Origin: Anthoceros angustus | Taxonomy: Eukaryota > Plantae > Anthocerotophyta | DNA: 64,000 bases | Direction of reading: 5' to 3' | Assembly: GCA_010909165.1 (NCBI GenBank) | Contig: MU008153.1 | Coordinates: 186,001 to 250,000 of the forward strand | Shown: piece by piece, positions 25,808 to 38,482 of the stretch | How positions within the stretch are numbered: the stretch's first letter is position 1 | Layout: the number at the start of each line of letters is the position of its first letter | Made by a program: the position numbers and the translations under genes | Notes under the pieces: model-generated | Told to the model about the DNA's origin: nothing | Databases searched by the model: none | The model's input: only the letters and a program-made list of their open reading frames with translations

Positions 25808-28800
25808 ATGGATGTGTCTTTGGATTGCTCCTGGAGCCACCGGGGACAGTCGGTAGATCTGGCCCCTCGCAGCCTGCTCACACTGCAGGGCGTGGCGGCC
25901 GCCACCAGGGACAATCAGGACCAGTACCGGGCCAGCAGGATGTCCGGGATCGAATCCGCGGCCAGCATGTTTCTCCGCTCCGGCAGCCTGGCATCCCCGG
26001 AAGCAGGCCCCACTCCCGGCCTCCCCTACGACTCCAAATGGGGCTATGCACCGCAGCACTGCTCCAGCTGCGACCTAGGAGCGGGCGATCTCCACAACAT
26101 GCTTAGGCCCGCCGGGGAGCAGGCCAGAGCAGGAGCGGACTCTTGGGGAGATGGAGGTGCAGGGAGCGGGAGCGGAGAGGCCGGGTTCAGAGCCAAATTG
26201 CAAGCGCAAGGGCAGGGTTTGCGGGAGGGGGAGGTGAATGGCGTCGGGGCGGGGCATGATTTTCTAGCTCCCGGGAGCCGGATTGCAGGCTACGGCAGTT
26301 CGGCGCTGTTGCATGAGGCGGAGACGGCGAGATCTTACACCATCCAGGACCTGATCGCGGCGCTGCACATGGGGGGAAGCAGGTCCAAGATGGAGGCGGC
26401 CATAACTGTCAGGTCGCTGGCGGCGTCGCACAACATGCATCAGGTGGCGTTCATCGCTGCCGGGGGGATCCGGCCGCTGGTGGATCTGCTGAGCTACGAC
26501 GCCGGGGAGACGCACTGGCCTCCGGAAATGCGGGAGAAGGCCACCATAACTGTCCGGGCTGAGGCTGCCTTGGCGCTGGCAAGTCTGTCGGTGAGCAACG
26601 ACGACAATAAGGGAGCAATTGGCGCCGCAGGGGCGATTCCTCTATTGTGTGACCTAATTCAGTAAGCACGCCATCGCCCACATTGCTTTCTTGTTTTGCA
26701 GAGCGGAACAGAGGGGGAGGAATGATCCCAGACAACACTGTAATGAAGATGTAAGGGGGAAAGAAAAGAAAGCACGAGTAGAGGAGAGGCCTGCACGAGT
26801 CTTTCGTCTCTCCAGTCCGTCCTAGTGTAACACTGAAGTATAAAACTCACTGATCTTCGCAAAGGTTCGATGAGGAAAGTTACAACGCAGCATTGGCAAG
26901 CTACCAGAAGCAGGAAATGGCACCTTTCTTAGTCCTCGCTAGAGATGCGGGCGCTGGAGCGCTGTCATGCTTGGCCAGGAATGAGAACAACAAGGAGGCT
27001 ATTATCGCAGCCCAGGCTGTTCCTGTTCTTGTGCGCATGGTTGATCGGGGAACAAGCTTTGGCAGGTATCCACTTCTTCAGTCTTGTCACTGCTCACTGC
27101 AGGACTTCTTATGTATGTATTTCCTCAAGTGTGATTCAGGGAATTCTCGATTTGAGTACGCTTCTTTTCCGTCTCATGCTAGCTCGTTGTTGGTTGTCCC
27201 CCCTCCCCATGATGCAGGGCGGCTGCTGCCAATGTTCTTGCTAAACTGGCAACAGGAAGCAATGCTCAGAACAAGTTGCTGCTGGGAAAGGAGGGTGCTA
27301 TATCAGCTATACTGAGGCTGTTGAAGGATGGGTCTCCCAAAGCTCGAGAAACTGGAGCTGAAGCCCTGTTTAATCTGGCCATGCATCCGTGGAACAAGTC
27401 CAAGATTATACAGGAGGGGGGCATTGCTAGCCTGCTGAGAATGGTCGAAGGAGGGTCACAGCCAGAGAAAGATGCCGCAACTGCAGCCTTGAAAATATTG
27501 CGGTCGTCTGTGGGGGCTCCTGCCAATCCCCGGCCGTTGACAGGGTCCAGGTGCAGCAGGCGCTCGGAAGGGAGTAGTATGCGAGAAAATGAGCTCGAAA
27601 CGTTGAAGTTTGACAGCATTCAGCAGAGCAGGGAGCTTTTCAAAGACCTCAATGAACATCCGCAAAGCAGCACGGAAAAGAGTTGTGTCTCAAACAGTGC
27701 AGGAAGCATATCGGTTCTCAAGGCGTTCAGTGGGCTGGGTGCGACAGCGCCGATGCAATCGGAGCTTACCTCGTCACTAGCTCCGCACCTGACTGGCCAG
27801 CCTTCCATGCAGGCAGACGCAGCCATCAATTTCACTAAAGCAGCCCCCCAAAGTGTGCAAAGCAGGAAGAAACTGAAAACCTCCCAATCTGAAGTTGGCG
27901 TAGGTTCATGTAGGGTGAGTGACCAAGGTGCTGCAAAGGTAGAGTCCGTACAAATGCTCTATGCTGAAGATCGAGGGAATAGAATCACGTCTAGCAGCAG
28001 CTGGGAGAGAAGCGGGCAAGTGTTCCAGGGCTCTACGTTTCAAGAGGCACCGCAACCAAGGTTGAGGCTGTCCAGGCAAGGAGTGGATGGGGCAGCTCAG
28101 CCTGTTGCTGGAGGAATATTTGCCCTTGTAAACGCTCTGTCGTCACAGAACCCAGGAGCTCAGGAATTTGCTGCGTTGGCCTTGATGCTCCTTGCATCTC
28201 AAGGTGGCTATGAAGTCAAGACTGCTATTGCAGATGCAGGGGCGATTGAACCGCTGATTTTCATGGTTGGGAGCTCCAGTTCTCCCCTAATTAGGGAATC
28301 CGCTGCCGCAGCCATTGCGAAACTGGTTTCATGTCATCCAGGAAACAGAGCTGCAGTGGTTAGAGCAGGTGGGGTGAAGGCAATGGTTGACATGGCTAAG
28401 TGGTCGTCCACACTCGTTGATGGACCGTCTGGAGGTGGTAATCTGGGGGCGAGAACTCAGGCAGCAGCCATAGTCGCAGTGCTCAACATTTCAGAGGTCC
28501 TTGACAGTCACAGCATGGGGATGGGTTTAAGGGACGCTCTGCCATGCCTAGCACAGATGTTGGAGAGTGAAAACGTGGACGAGATAACAGCTGGTGTTGC
28601 TGGCCTTCAAATACTAGGCGTTTCGTTAGGCATTGAACCAGCCCCTATAATGGAAAGGGACTGTGGGACAGATGAAGACTTTTTTGAGTTTAAGAAGTTT
28701 GATTTTGTTGCAATCGAGATGGTCACCGCACTGCTAGATGTGATGAGGGGAAGTTCTGCGGAAGCAAAAGAGTCGGCCACGGAAGCGCTGGCAGGTTTAG

Positions 28801-31492
28801 CAGCAAGACTTGCTAACGACGGGCCTGAAAATGTTGGGAGAATTCCCGCGACTTGGAGAAAGTATGGGATCGATGCATTACTACTACTGCTGAGAAGGGC
28901 ACCCCTCACAGCTTCTCTGAAGGAAATAGTTGCAGGAACGATAGCCTGCGTAGTGGCAAGCCCAGTTCTTTGTGTTTATTTATGTGAGTCAGCGCTGGTC
29001 CCTGATCTTATGAGGTAACAGTTGTCATCTGGCCCGCCATCACGATTGGATCGTTGCGTCATTTGGTCTTGGTCTTGGTCTGGTGTCGTACTGTAGTCAG
29101 AAATCTGACTCTTCTCATTGATGCGCAGGCTTATACAAGAAGGACCCACGTTGGCGACTCGAATACTTGCAGCAGCGGCTGTTGCAAATTTGGGTAGCAG
29201 GAAAAAGACACTAGATGCGGTGTCTGATACTGACATAGCTCTATTGTTGAGAATCCTTGGAGGGCACTTTGAACTTCCTGAAACAACTGCGACTACTGGT
29301 GGAGTGGACGACGTTTGTTTCCTTCAGCCTTTCTCCAATTCAGAGACTCAACCATCCCTGAACAGTCAGTTGCAGCAACGTTCTATGCCTCATATGCTCT
29401 TGTGCGAGCACGCATCGGCAATTCTAGTCTACGCAGCTCTCTCTGGAGAGAACAGGAAACAAGCAATGATTGAATTGGGAGCTGCTCCTATCCTGGTGAG
29501 GGTGCTCCAAAGCTGTGTTTCTACAGCAGAAAGCTGCTTGCACCCGACCTTCTTCCAAGGTGTGAGGCCGATGGTTCCTCAAGCAACTCAAGAGTTTGCG
29601 TTGATGGGGCTCATTTTGTTGGCTGATAAAAGCACAGAAACAATGGAGAAGATCGTAAAAGCTGGAGGCATTCCGGTTCTTGTGAGGTTATTGGGAGCGA
29701 CTGGTGGCAGGGGCAAACTTGGTGCGAGCTGGAGTGAGGTAACATCCAGTCATGCTTCTGTGTTCTTGTTCCAACAGCGTCTGCGAATGAACTTGCTGAT
29801 TCTTAATCACTGCCTCCATCCTGGTATATGCACATGTGCACAGATGGCAGCTGCTGCACTTTTGACAATGGCTGGTTGCGAGGCTGCAAGGGAAGAGATT
29901 ATCAGCGTCGGTGGCATTTCGTCGTTGGTGCAGGTTTTGAAAGGGGAGGGAGGCACATCGATTCTTTCGCTGACAGGATTGGCAGCGATGGCTCAGCTTT
30001 TGGGCGTGTTGGCTTTGAAGAGCCAGGAGGCCAAGCTTCATATGGCAAAAGCTGGGGCTGTTAGGTGCTTGGTGGAAATCCTCGTCGGGGGGAATTGTCT
30101 TGCCTGGGCAGCAGACGGGGAATGCGGCCCCAGGGAAGGGCCTGGTTTACTAGCCTTAGCACAGGAAGCGGCGGCTGCAGCTTTGGCCACCGTTGTCCTC
30201 GACTGCCCTGAAAATGCAGAGGCTGCAGTAGAAGCTGGTTCCATCGGACCCCTGGTGCGCATGCTGGGAGTTTCATCTTCTCCTCCTAAAGCATCTGGAG
30301 TCATTCTTGAGCTGGCACCAGAGAGTGAACGGGGAGACAGTGGGGCTAGCTCTGCAAACACAGGAGTCGCCCAAGATACCACAGCTCTCAAAATATTGTC
30401 GTCGCCAGACTCTGACAGACGATCAGCCAAACTGACGACAGCCCATGATGACAACAACGCACGAGGAAACAGAGTCGGGGGCTCCTTGGCAGCCATGGCT
30501 GCTCTGGGCAATATGATATCTTGCTTGCCCCAGTGCAGGCGAGAAATCATAGACGCAGGAGGCTTGACAAAGCTGGTCGGCCTTCTACACTCCAAAGCGG
30601 GTGTGCTGTTAAGGGCTCAAGGTGACGCGGAAAGTACTGCGCATGCTCCGGAAGGTCACACAACGTGCTCTACCAAGCTGCAAGAAAGTGCTGCATTGGT
30701 CCTTGGACTGCTTGCGGAGGGTGACCCCAAAGTGCAGGAAACCATTGGATCGACGGGAGTTATTCCTACATTGATTGAGCTCTCAGCCATTTCAAAAAAT
30801 GACGGGTTTGCTGCACGTATGTTTGCATGTCTGTTCATTTACTTGGCCATGAGATCTCTGCACTTTGGACTGTCTGATTCACCAACAATTGTGCATCAGG
30901 AGCTCTGTCGAGAGTTGGAAAGGACCACGAACAGAACCAGAAGAGGATCAAAGAAGCTGCCATGGTATGTATTCTTCACGTTTTAGGAGATACTCTCAAA
31001 AACCTGTTGCTGGAAAAGAAACAAACTCGCACTGATTGCAACCAACCCAACACCTTCCATTACAGAACCAAGGATCACATGACGTGAATGGGATGGAGTG
31101 ACCACTGCATATCATGCCTGCTCTAATCGGCTACTTTGGAAGGTACATACCCATACTTTCCCGCTCCACAGTGTTCGAAGATTAAATCAAATTCTGATGG
31201 CTGTAACGGCTCCCAGGTCACCCTCGTATTGAACCGGCGGGCTTGGAACGTATCCCAGAGAGTCGCAGCCTGCAAGGTCAGTTTGTGGGCTTCGTCCTTC
31301 CCTGTGCCCACTGCCGCTAAAAGTACCCCATTCTTTCCAAGTGCCAGCTTATGCTTTCCAGACGTGTCTTCTGCACCTAGTTATGGTCCAGGATTTCAAA
31401 TAATGCAGGACCTCCAACAGGACGACTCTACAGTTTCAAAGGGCACCAGCCAAGCCAGCATCGGACGTGGATTTCGTAGGAAGGTCACATAA
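25808..31492 (+). CDS. Large multi-exon armadillo (ARM) repeat protein, roughly 1,500 aa (exon boundaries approximate)
   Basis: Repeated ARM motifs (AAGGIRPLVDLL, AAGAIPLLCDLI, KEGAISAILRLLKDGS, DAGAIEPLIFMV, KAGGIPVLVRLL, EAGSIGPLVRML, STGVIPTLIEL) occur in long ORFs joined by GT-AG introns such as 26662-26942, 29016-29128 and 29738-29845. The 3-prime exons are less certain. Confidence 0.85.
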
Positions 31493-31961
31493 CAGTCCAG
31501 CCATTGCATATCAGCCCACCATCGCTAACCACATAGGCGGAATATATCCCAGATAAGCTGCGACGGCAGACCGGTGCTACTAGGGGTTGTGTGAGAAGCT
31601 GTATGATTGCATGCTTGACATCTCAGACACGAAGAGGCAGATACTCTGCCCTCACCTCAGCCCTCTCAGTTTGGACTTCTTTAGAAGAACATGGCAGCTG
31701 GCCACTCTCATTCTCTGCTACCGGGACGGCTGGTGCAATACTTGGAACATGCATCGCAACTGTTCTTGCAGCATTCACGTCTCCAAACCACCCTACCGGC
31801 ATGACTCCCCGATGAGCTTCACATCTCCGAACCACCCCGACAGAAAGACTCCCAGACGACAGAAATGCAGCCCAAACGATTGAAGGCAAGTTTCAACAAA
31901 CTTACATTGGAGCAGTAGCTCAGACCTAACGCACTTCTCGTGCATTGCTGCCTTCAACTAC

Positions 31962-33812
31962 CTATAAGACATGTTGAGATTCTGAATGCGGCACATAGCC
32001 TTGTTTCTTCATTTCGGGGAGAAGCTGTTTCAAAATTGCATAAATCCCTTCACTCTCGAGGTGCATTTTATCCCCAACCAAAAAACTATGCACGAGGCCA
32101 TCCATGTCAGTCCACCAGCTCTGCCCGGGCTGCTTCCGTGCCCCAATTTCTTTCCTCCTTGCCTGCATCTTCTGTGCCTCGCCCCACATCTGGGCACTGG
32201 TGTATATGTTTGACATCAACACATAAGCTGCAGGATCTCTTTCATTCAGCTTCACAGCTTCAGTGAAAGCACGGAGTCCCACCTCCACATTGCTCCACTT
32301 TCGACAAGCACTCAGCAGAGTGTGCCAAACTGACTCATCAGCCTGTAAAGGCATTGCCCTCACCACAGCCAGTGCCTTGTCGAGCTGGCCAGCACGTCCC
32401 AGGAGATCCACCATGCATGCATAGTGTTTTGCAGTCGGCGAGATGCCAGTGTGCCTCATCGCCTCGAAGTACTCTTGCCCCTCCTTCACTAGACCCGCAT
32501 GACTGCAGACTGTCAGCACAGCCAGGAAAGCCATGCTGTCTGGCTGTATTCCATCCAGTCTCATTCTGTGCATCAAGCGGAAAACCATGTCACTATCTCC
32601 TTGACGGGTGTATCCATTGATTAGTGCAGTCCAGGCCACAATGTCTCTTTCAGGCAATGCATCAAATACCTGTTGTGCATCAACCATGCTCCCGCATTTT
32701 GCATACATGTTGATCAAACTGTTCCCTACATTTTCGTCAGCTTGCAGCCCTCGTTGTTTAATCTGTGCATGAAGCTGCTGCCCCGCATGCAAAGCTGCCA
32801 CACTTGCACATGCTTGCAGGAGGCACACAAATGTAACAGAATCAGGTACAGCGATGCCATCTTGTTGCATAGCATTGTAAAGACGGAGGGCCTCCTGCTC
32901 CATCCCTTGCTGGGAGTATCCTGATATCAGAGCAGTCCAAGTTACAACATCCTTGCGAGAAAGCCTGTCAAACACTCTCTGAGCTTCCTGCAGGCACCCA
33001 CAAGTCGCATACATGTACACCAGAGAATTACAGACAAACAAATCAGGCTCAACCCCACTGGCCAACACATCAGCATGAACCTGCTCCCCAGTTTTTAAGT
33101 CTGCTGCTCTGGCACAAGCCTGTAGGGCTGCCACGAACACATGGCCGTCTGGCTTCATACTTGATCTGCGCATCCGATGGTACAGCTCTATGGCCAGCTT
33201 GTCTTGGCCGTGCTTAACTTGTGCAGAAATGATGGCCGACCAGGTGAAGGCATCTGGGTTGGCTACCATGGTGAACACATCCATCGCATCCTGCAACTGG
33301 CCATGAGAAGCATACATTCGCAGGATGTGGTTGCACAGAAAGGTATCCACTTCGGACCCCGTCTTCACGATGAGAGCATGAACACGGCGACTCAGAGACA
33401 AATCCTTCCTGGCCACACATTCCTTCAGCACAGTGTAGAAGAGAGATTGAGCAATATGACCGTCAGTGCGAACCAGAACTCCCAGCCCCTCCACGGCCTC
33501 AGCAACCTGCCCCTGGTCACACAGCTTCTTAAGGATTTCACCCGACACTCGCCTTTCGTATCCTGCCGGCTCACGTCCTTCCCAGTTGGATGTAGCAGCA
33601 CAACGACCCATCTGCGCATCCAGAGCAGCCAGCTCCGCATCCACGCAGACTGGCTTGGACAGTCTGTCTAGCCACAAGCGCTCCGATCCAACATGCAGTG
33701 CACATCTCATACATCCGAATTTCCTCCTCTTGTCCTCCCGTAGAAGGATTGAAACGTCTTCGTGTTGGATTTGCCCATAGAAGAGCTGGGATGTTTTCAG
33801 CATTGAAACCAT
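31962..33812 (-). CDS. PLS-class PPR protein with E1-E2 and a truncated DYW of the WW type (E+ class)
   Basis: Intronless ORF with 11 PPR motifs, E1 WHTLLSACRKW and PG box variant KQPGQSWWTD. It stops after GYVPHSESQHVL, before the HxE/CxxC zinc ligands. Confidence 0.93.
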   Translation of the reverse strand: MVSMLKTSQLFYGQIQHEDVSILLREDKRRKFGCMRCALHVGSERLWLDRLSKPVCVDAELAALDAQMGRCAATSNWEGREPAGYERRVSGEILKKLCDQGQVAEAVEGLGVLVRTDGHIAQSLFYTVLKECVARKDLSLSRRVHALIVKTGSEVDTFLCNHILRMYASHGQLQDAMDVFTMVANPDAFTWSAIISAQVKHGQDKLAIELYHRMRRSSMKPDGHVFVAALQACARAADLKTGEQVHADVLASGVEPDLFVCNSLVYMYATCGCLQEAQRVFDRLSRKDVVTWTALISGYSQQGMEQEALRLYNAMQQDGIAVPDSVTFVCLLQACASVAALHAGQQLHAQIKQRGLQADENVGNSLINMYAKCGSMVDAQQVFDALPERDIVAWTALINGYTRQGDSDMVFRLMHRMRLDGIQPDSMAFLAVLTVCSHAGLVKEGQEYFEAMRHTGISPTAKHYACMVDLLGRAGQLDKALAVVRAMPLQADESVWHTLLSACRKWSNVEVGLRAFTEAVKLNERDPAAYVLMSNIYTSAQMWGEAQKMQARRKEIGARKQPGQSWWTDMDGLVHSFLVGDKMHLESEGIYAILKQLLPEMKKQGYVPHSESQHVL

Positions 33813-33926
33813 AATATCCAACTCCGATCAATCAATCACCAAGCAATCCAGTAGACTAAATTAGACCGATGTGTGCAGACATTTACATTATGCTCCCAAG
33901 CTTTGCACCTCCATCGACAGGTGCAC

Positions 33927-34025
33927 GAAGTGAGGCCTTCCGAAGGCCTCACTTCAGGAAAATAGGACTAAGCCAATGTGAGGCCTTCGGAAGGCCTCAC
34001 TTCAGGAAAATAGGACTTAGCCAAT
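33927..34025. repeat. Two tandem ~48-bp units, each containing a perfect hairpin, upstream of the minus-strand PPR gene
   Basis: GAAGTGAGGCCTTC-C-GAAGGCCTCACTTC (14-bp stem) at 33927-33955; the second unit GTGAGGCCTTC-G-GAAGGCCTCAC starts at 33978. Confidence 0.9.
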
Positions 34026-34437
34026 GTCCAGGTGAAGCAACTTACATATCTACAAACCACAAGGGCATATATACGGTGTCCTTCCTTCCCCACCTTTTCC
34101 ACCTTGTGGAGACAAAGCTTCGAGGTAGGGTGCGGGAACCATGCGGCTCAGATCGAGCACTCATTGGGGTTCAGCACCCAGAAGATTGTGCGGAAGTGCA
34201 GTGCTTCTGATTGTCCGTTCTTCACGGTGTCTGGAAGACATGCAATACCAAACTTCCCAGTGGCAAGAACCTGGATCGTTTCATAGCAATCCTTCCAGAC
34301 CAAAGTGACGCCTTGTACGGTGTGTGCATTCTACCTTGCCAAGCAGCCTCAGCTTGCCTGGCTGGTGCTGTGCTTGTGTGAATACCTGATATCTGGTATG
34401 TAGCTGTCCCGAATGGATGCAAAACCAGCGCTAGAAT

Positions 34438-34534
34438 AAGGAGTTCCGTCAGCCATGCTCTGGATTGCCACAAGAAGGAGCTCCGTCAGCCATGCCCTGG
34501 ATTGCTAGAAGAAGGAGTTCCGTCAGCCATGCTC
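34438..34534. repeat. 37-bp tandem repeat, ~2.6 copies
   Basis: aaggag(t/c)tccgtcagccatgc units start at 34438, 34475 and 34512. Confidence 0.9.
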
Positions 34535-34719
34535 AGGGCAATCCAGATAGCTTACCAATTCAACGAATAGTCAATAAAATAAAAACGGCTGGGGCAAGGT
34601 CAAGCCCAATATTCAGCCGAGCCGGGTGAAACAAGGATGCCCAAATGAGCCCACCGTTGTTCTGCCTCTACATCCAAAACCTACAGCAAAGGTTTTGGAT
34701 TGCTATAGGTTTTGGATGG

Positions 34720-34910
34720 AGCCAAATATGGCTAAAGCCATCTCCAGGTTCAGAACCAGAGGCCACAGATTGCGTAGTATCCTGGGCCGCGGCCATATGC
34801 CAAGAGAACAAGGTTATGCCGCTATGTCAGGTGGATGATGAGCGTCATCTGCTCTTCTCTTGCCCGGCAATCTCAGACTGTAGAAAGGCACACGAAGCCC
34901 TGTTCGAAAA
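34720..34910 (+). mobile_element. Relic C-terminal zinc-finger region of a non-LTR retrotransposon (RTE/RTEX-like ORF2)
   Basis: AKAISRFRTRGHRLRSILGR..PREQ followed, after a frame change, by LCQVDDERHLLFSCPAISDCRKAHEALF, a typical LINE ORF2 terminal CCHC region. Confidence 0.6.
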
Positions 34911-35547
34911 CAGAATGACGGCGCCTGAAAACGCCCATCCTGCTTAGCCAGTTCCACATTGCTGTGGACAGGACAGTGGATGACTACAACGAGAAATAGC
35001 CCCTCACCCCGGGCAGAGTGCAGCGGGATCTAACGGGGCCTCAGCAGAAAAATACTAAACAGAATCGGGAATCGGGGAATCGGGGAATCGGGCCAGGGCA
35101 TCTGCCTCAAGCTGGCCCAACTGTGACCATATGCAGCACCCGCAAATACCACTCCCGATCCCGGGCAGAATCGGGCCGGGACGTCCGCCTCGGGATTACC
35201 CAATGACCCGACTTTGGGCGTAGTGTGACACCAACCGGCCTGCCAATATACTTATATTAGCTATATAGAATTGATATAATGGCTGAGGCCCTACTCACAT
35301 TGCGTGAGGCCTCCGTCCGTCCGCAGACCGCGTATAGCGGGCACCGGACGGAGCTGTAGCGCACCGTGCGCCGGGCCCGCTAAAAATGGGAGATTCGTTA
35401 TATGTAGGAATGGTATTTAGGGTTTCAGTTAGGAAGGACCCGTTATTCCATCCCGGGCAAGCTCGAAGTAGCCCGGGTTTGTTCTTCTCTTCCTCCACTC
35501 TTGAACCCCGTCTCGCTTTTCATGCAGACCTCGCTATGAGTGTTCAG

Positions 35548-35633
35548 CGCTAGGACTTCTCTTCTTCTCACGCTGGGACTTCCCTTCTTCTCACGCTGGG
35601 ACTTCCCTTCTTCTCACGCTGGGACTTCCCTTC
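35548..35633. repeat. 23-bp tandem repeat, ~3.7 copies, inside the Harbinger element
   Basis: gggacttcccttcttctcacgct repeated. Confidence 0.9.
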
Positions 35634-35738
35634 TCGTCTGCACTTCAGAGTCTTGTGTCTGAGTTCTTCTTTTTTTTATATATGATTATATTGATTATCT
35701 TATTTTCAGTTATCGATCCTGTGTTCTAATTTTTAGTT

Positions 35739-36827
35739 ATGGATCCTATGTTGTACTTCATGCTTCAAGTTATGTTCCAAAGGTCATATTCACATTCTTT
35801 ATACTTGGAGGATGTACACTATATGGGAACCGATGACAGTGTGATGAATGTATTGTTCATACTGCTTTTGGCAGCTTCAGGTGGTGCTCTTGTGGAGACT
35901 TTGCACACGCAAAAAAGTCGTATTTGGTGGAAAACTCCATCTTCTACAAGGTTATGGGAAGAACTACATATGCAAGCTTGGCACTTGGAAGGTCCTGAGA
36001 GACGAGATGAGCATTGGCGTAGAGAATACCGAATGTCATATCCAACTTTCATGGTTCTCGTTCAACAACTGCATTCTTTCCTGGTACGAACCTCACCAAG
36101 AACGTCTATACCATGTGATAAAGTTATTGCTCTGGTGTTGCATAGGCTTGGCAGGGGTCTACCTTCCCTCACCGTTGCTTCGAAATATGGTGTTGGTGAT
36201 GCCACAGTTGTTGAGTATACTAAGCTCATTGTTTCCATCTTAAGTGACCCTGCCAAGCTATATTCTTCATTTATCACTATTCCATTAGTTCGTCGCCAGG
36301 TTGACATATCAACAGCATTTGAGCTGCGGACCCTATTGCCTAATATTGTTGGTGCTATAGATGGATCCATTATCAAGTTTGCCACCAAACCAGCTGAGTA
36401 GTACGCTCCAGCAGCTTATCACTGCAAACGATACAATATGCATTGCATGGTTGTGCAAGCCGTATGTGACAACCAGAAGATGTTCATTGATATATGTGCT
36501 AATAGTCCGGGAGGTTCAAATGACGCTCGTATTCTCCGGAATAGTAGCTTATGGCAGCGCCTTATCACTAGATGGATATTTGCAGGGCCAATCATTGAAG
36601 TGGAGGGAGTTCTAGTACCTCCTTACATCATTGGTGACTCCGCATATCCTCTGAGACCTTTTCTTATGAAAGGCTTCAAAATGAATATGAATGCAGAGCA
36701 AAGAGCATTCAACTCTTCCTTTTCTTCTGAACGAGTTGTCATTGAGAATGCTTTCTCCTTATTAAAGAACAGGTGGAGAACATTGAAGAACTTCAATATT
36801 ATGAAGAACCTTAGAGTTGTGAGTTAG
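35739..36827 (+). pseudogene. Harbinger (HARBI1-like) DDE transposase with one in-frame TAG at 36399-36401
   Basis: YRMSYPTF, VGAIDGS, VVQAVCD, PGGSNDARIL, IIGDSAYPL and RVVIENAFSLLKNRWRTL; the two ORF-track segments are in the same frame. Confidence 0.9.
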
Positions 36828-37423
36828 AACCTTCGGAACCAGGGATGGACGATTATTCTCTACCACATGATGTTCCTGTTATCTTGACAAGTGCGGAGGA
36901 AGAGGCTATGAAGAGTATTGCACTGGTTCAACACAATGCCTTGGTCAAGCATTGACGTAGACAAAGATAAGAACAATAGTGTTGCATTTATGTGCTTGAG
37001 TGATGTACTTTGTTGCACAAATAAGTGAATAAGTCAGCAAGTGCGTTTGTTGTTTTTGAAAGAAGTCTCTTATTAAAATCCAAAAGTGAGAATACAAGCT
37101 TGTAGAGGTAAACAAGTTTATTCTAATGGTATATAGCTCGTTTCGAGATTAATCGTACGTTGGGACTGAATGGCACTTGAAGGTCTGCTCAAAACTTAAG
37201 AAACTATCTGGAAGTCTGCAATCAAAGGTCAATCTTTCATTCAAATGAAAAAGTGAAAACATAAGCTTGTAGAGATCAATGAGCGGATTCTAATGGTATG
37301 TAGCTCTTTTCGAGGTGAGTCGTATTTTGGGACTGAATGGCACTTGGAGTTATGGTGAAACCTTAAAATATTATAGCTAGCACAAACCATAAGCTATGAC
37401 AAGTGCTGGAGCCCCTTGATGTA

Positions 37424-38482
37424 TCACTCCTCCTCCTGCATTGGGCGCTTGGATGCTTGTACCAAGAGCTTGGCCAGCTCTATTTGCGTGAATTGTTGGA
37501 GTTCAACAACCTTCATGCTCTGCTCTAGCCTTGTTTTCTCCATGTTTTGAAGGCTCTCCAACCTTGCTCTCTTCATACTTTGGAGATTCTCTTGCTCCAC
37601 AGTTTCAACTCTTGCCCACACCTCTGCAAAGCTGTTGATTGATTCAGCTATCTTGTCTATCCCAGCACCTGAGAGCTTCCTTTTGGCTTGCTTGGAGACC
37701 TTCTTCGCTGTAACACCTTTGAGCTTTGTCATTTGAGTGAAAGGTGAATCACAAGAGTGATTGTTCTTGGATGTAGAAGGAGGACTAGGGCCCCTAGCAG
37801 GAGTTGTAGGGGGTGGGGATGTAGGAGGAGGAGAAGAGGTAGGAGGGGAGCTTGCTGGTGGGTTGTGAGTGTGTGATGACTCACACACGCCTTCAGACAT
37901 CCCAGATGCCACACCTTCACAAACATGCGTTTCAGTTAAATCCACAAAGCCTGGGTCATGCGAGTTAGGCATTCCTACCACCTTTGGATTGTCTGACATG
38001 AAGGAATGGAGGGCTTCCCAAAAAGCCCACTCAGAAGCATACACTCCCGTGCCAAGCTTTTTGGTCTCTTGCTTATATTGCTTCTTGAGGGAGTCCATTT
38101 TGTTGCGACATTGCAGACCTGTTGGCACAAATCCCATGCAAGAGGACGAAATCCTGAGTGCAATAGCGTCCCAGTGGTGGGAGGCAAGGTTCCCTTTGTG
38201 AAGATGGTTGACATACACCTCCTCGTACGCCAAGATGAGAGCATGAGTGTTGTCTCCTGTCCATGTAGCCACATTCTAGTTTCGAAGCCTAAGAATCGCT
38301 GAAACTTGTAGCCCAGATGCGCTTGGGACAAGTGCTAGTTGTGTTGCCAACATGCTGTATTGGGACAGCGCATCCATGGGGAACAGATTGGCAACTTCAC
38401 AAACACTGTCCAGCACAAACAGCGAAGAGCGAAGGAATCGTCCCCCACAAACAGCGAAGGAAGAAGATGAGCCGGTAGTCAC
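37424..38482 (-). CDS. Harbinger Myb/SANT (trihelix-like) DNA-binding protein; in-frame TAG or splice acceptor at 38278-38276
   Basis: WTGDNTHALILAY...WDAIA...QCRNKMDSLKKQYK...WAFWEALHSFM trihelix pattern and a C-terminal coiled coil; the upstream ORF 38276-38482 is in the same frame. Confidence 0.82.

Noticed and set aside
31500-31961. Possible spliced continuation completing the DYW domain of the second PPR
   Set aside because: I found no HxE or CxxC-containing frame downstream on the minus strand.
33927-34025. CRISPR-like palindromic repeats (also the 21-bp array at 39685)
   Set aside because: No unique spacers, no cas genes, and a eukaryotic nuclear context.
35048-35215. GAATCGG/CCCGAT-rich segment as a Helitron 3-prime end or hAT subterminus
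   Set aside because: No CTAG terminus after a hairpin, and no TIR or TSD could be defined.
36399-36401. Idea that in-frame TAG stops in TE ORFs are repaired by U-to-C editing from DYW:KP proteins
   Set aside because: PPR editing is established for organellar transcripts only; C-to-T decay of methylated nuclear TEs is the simpler explanation.
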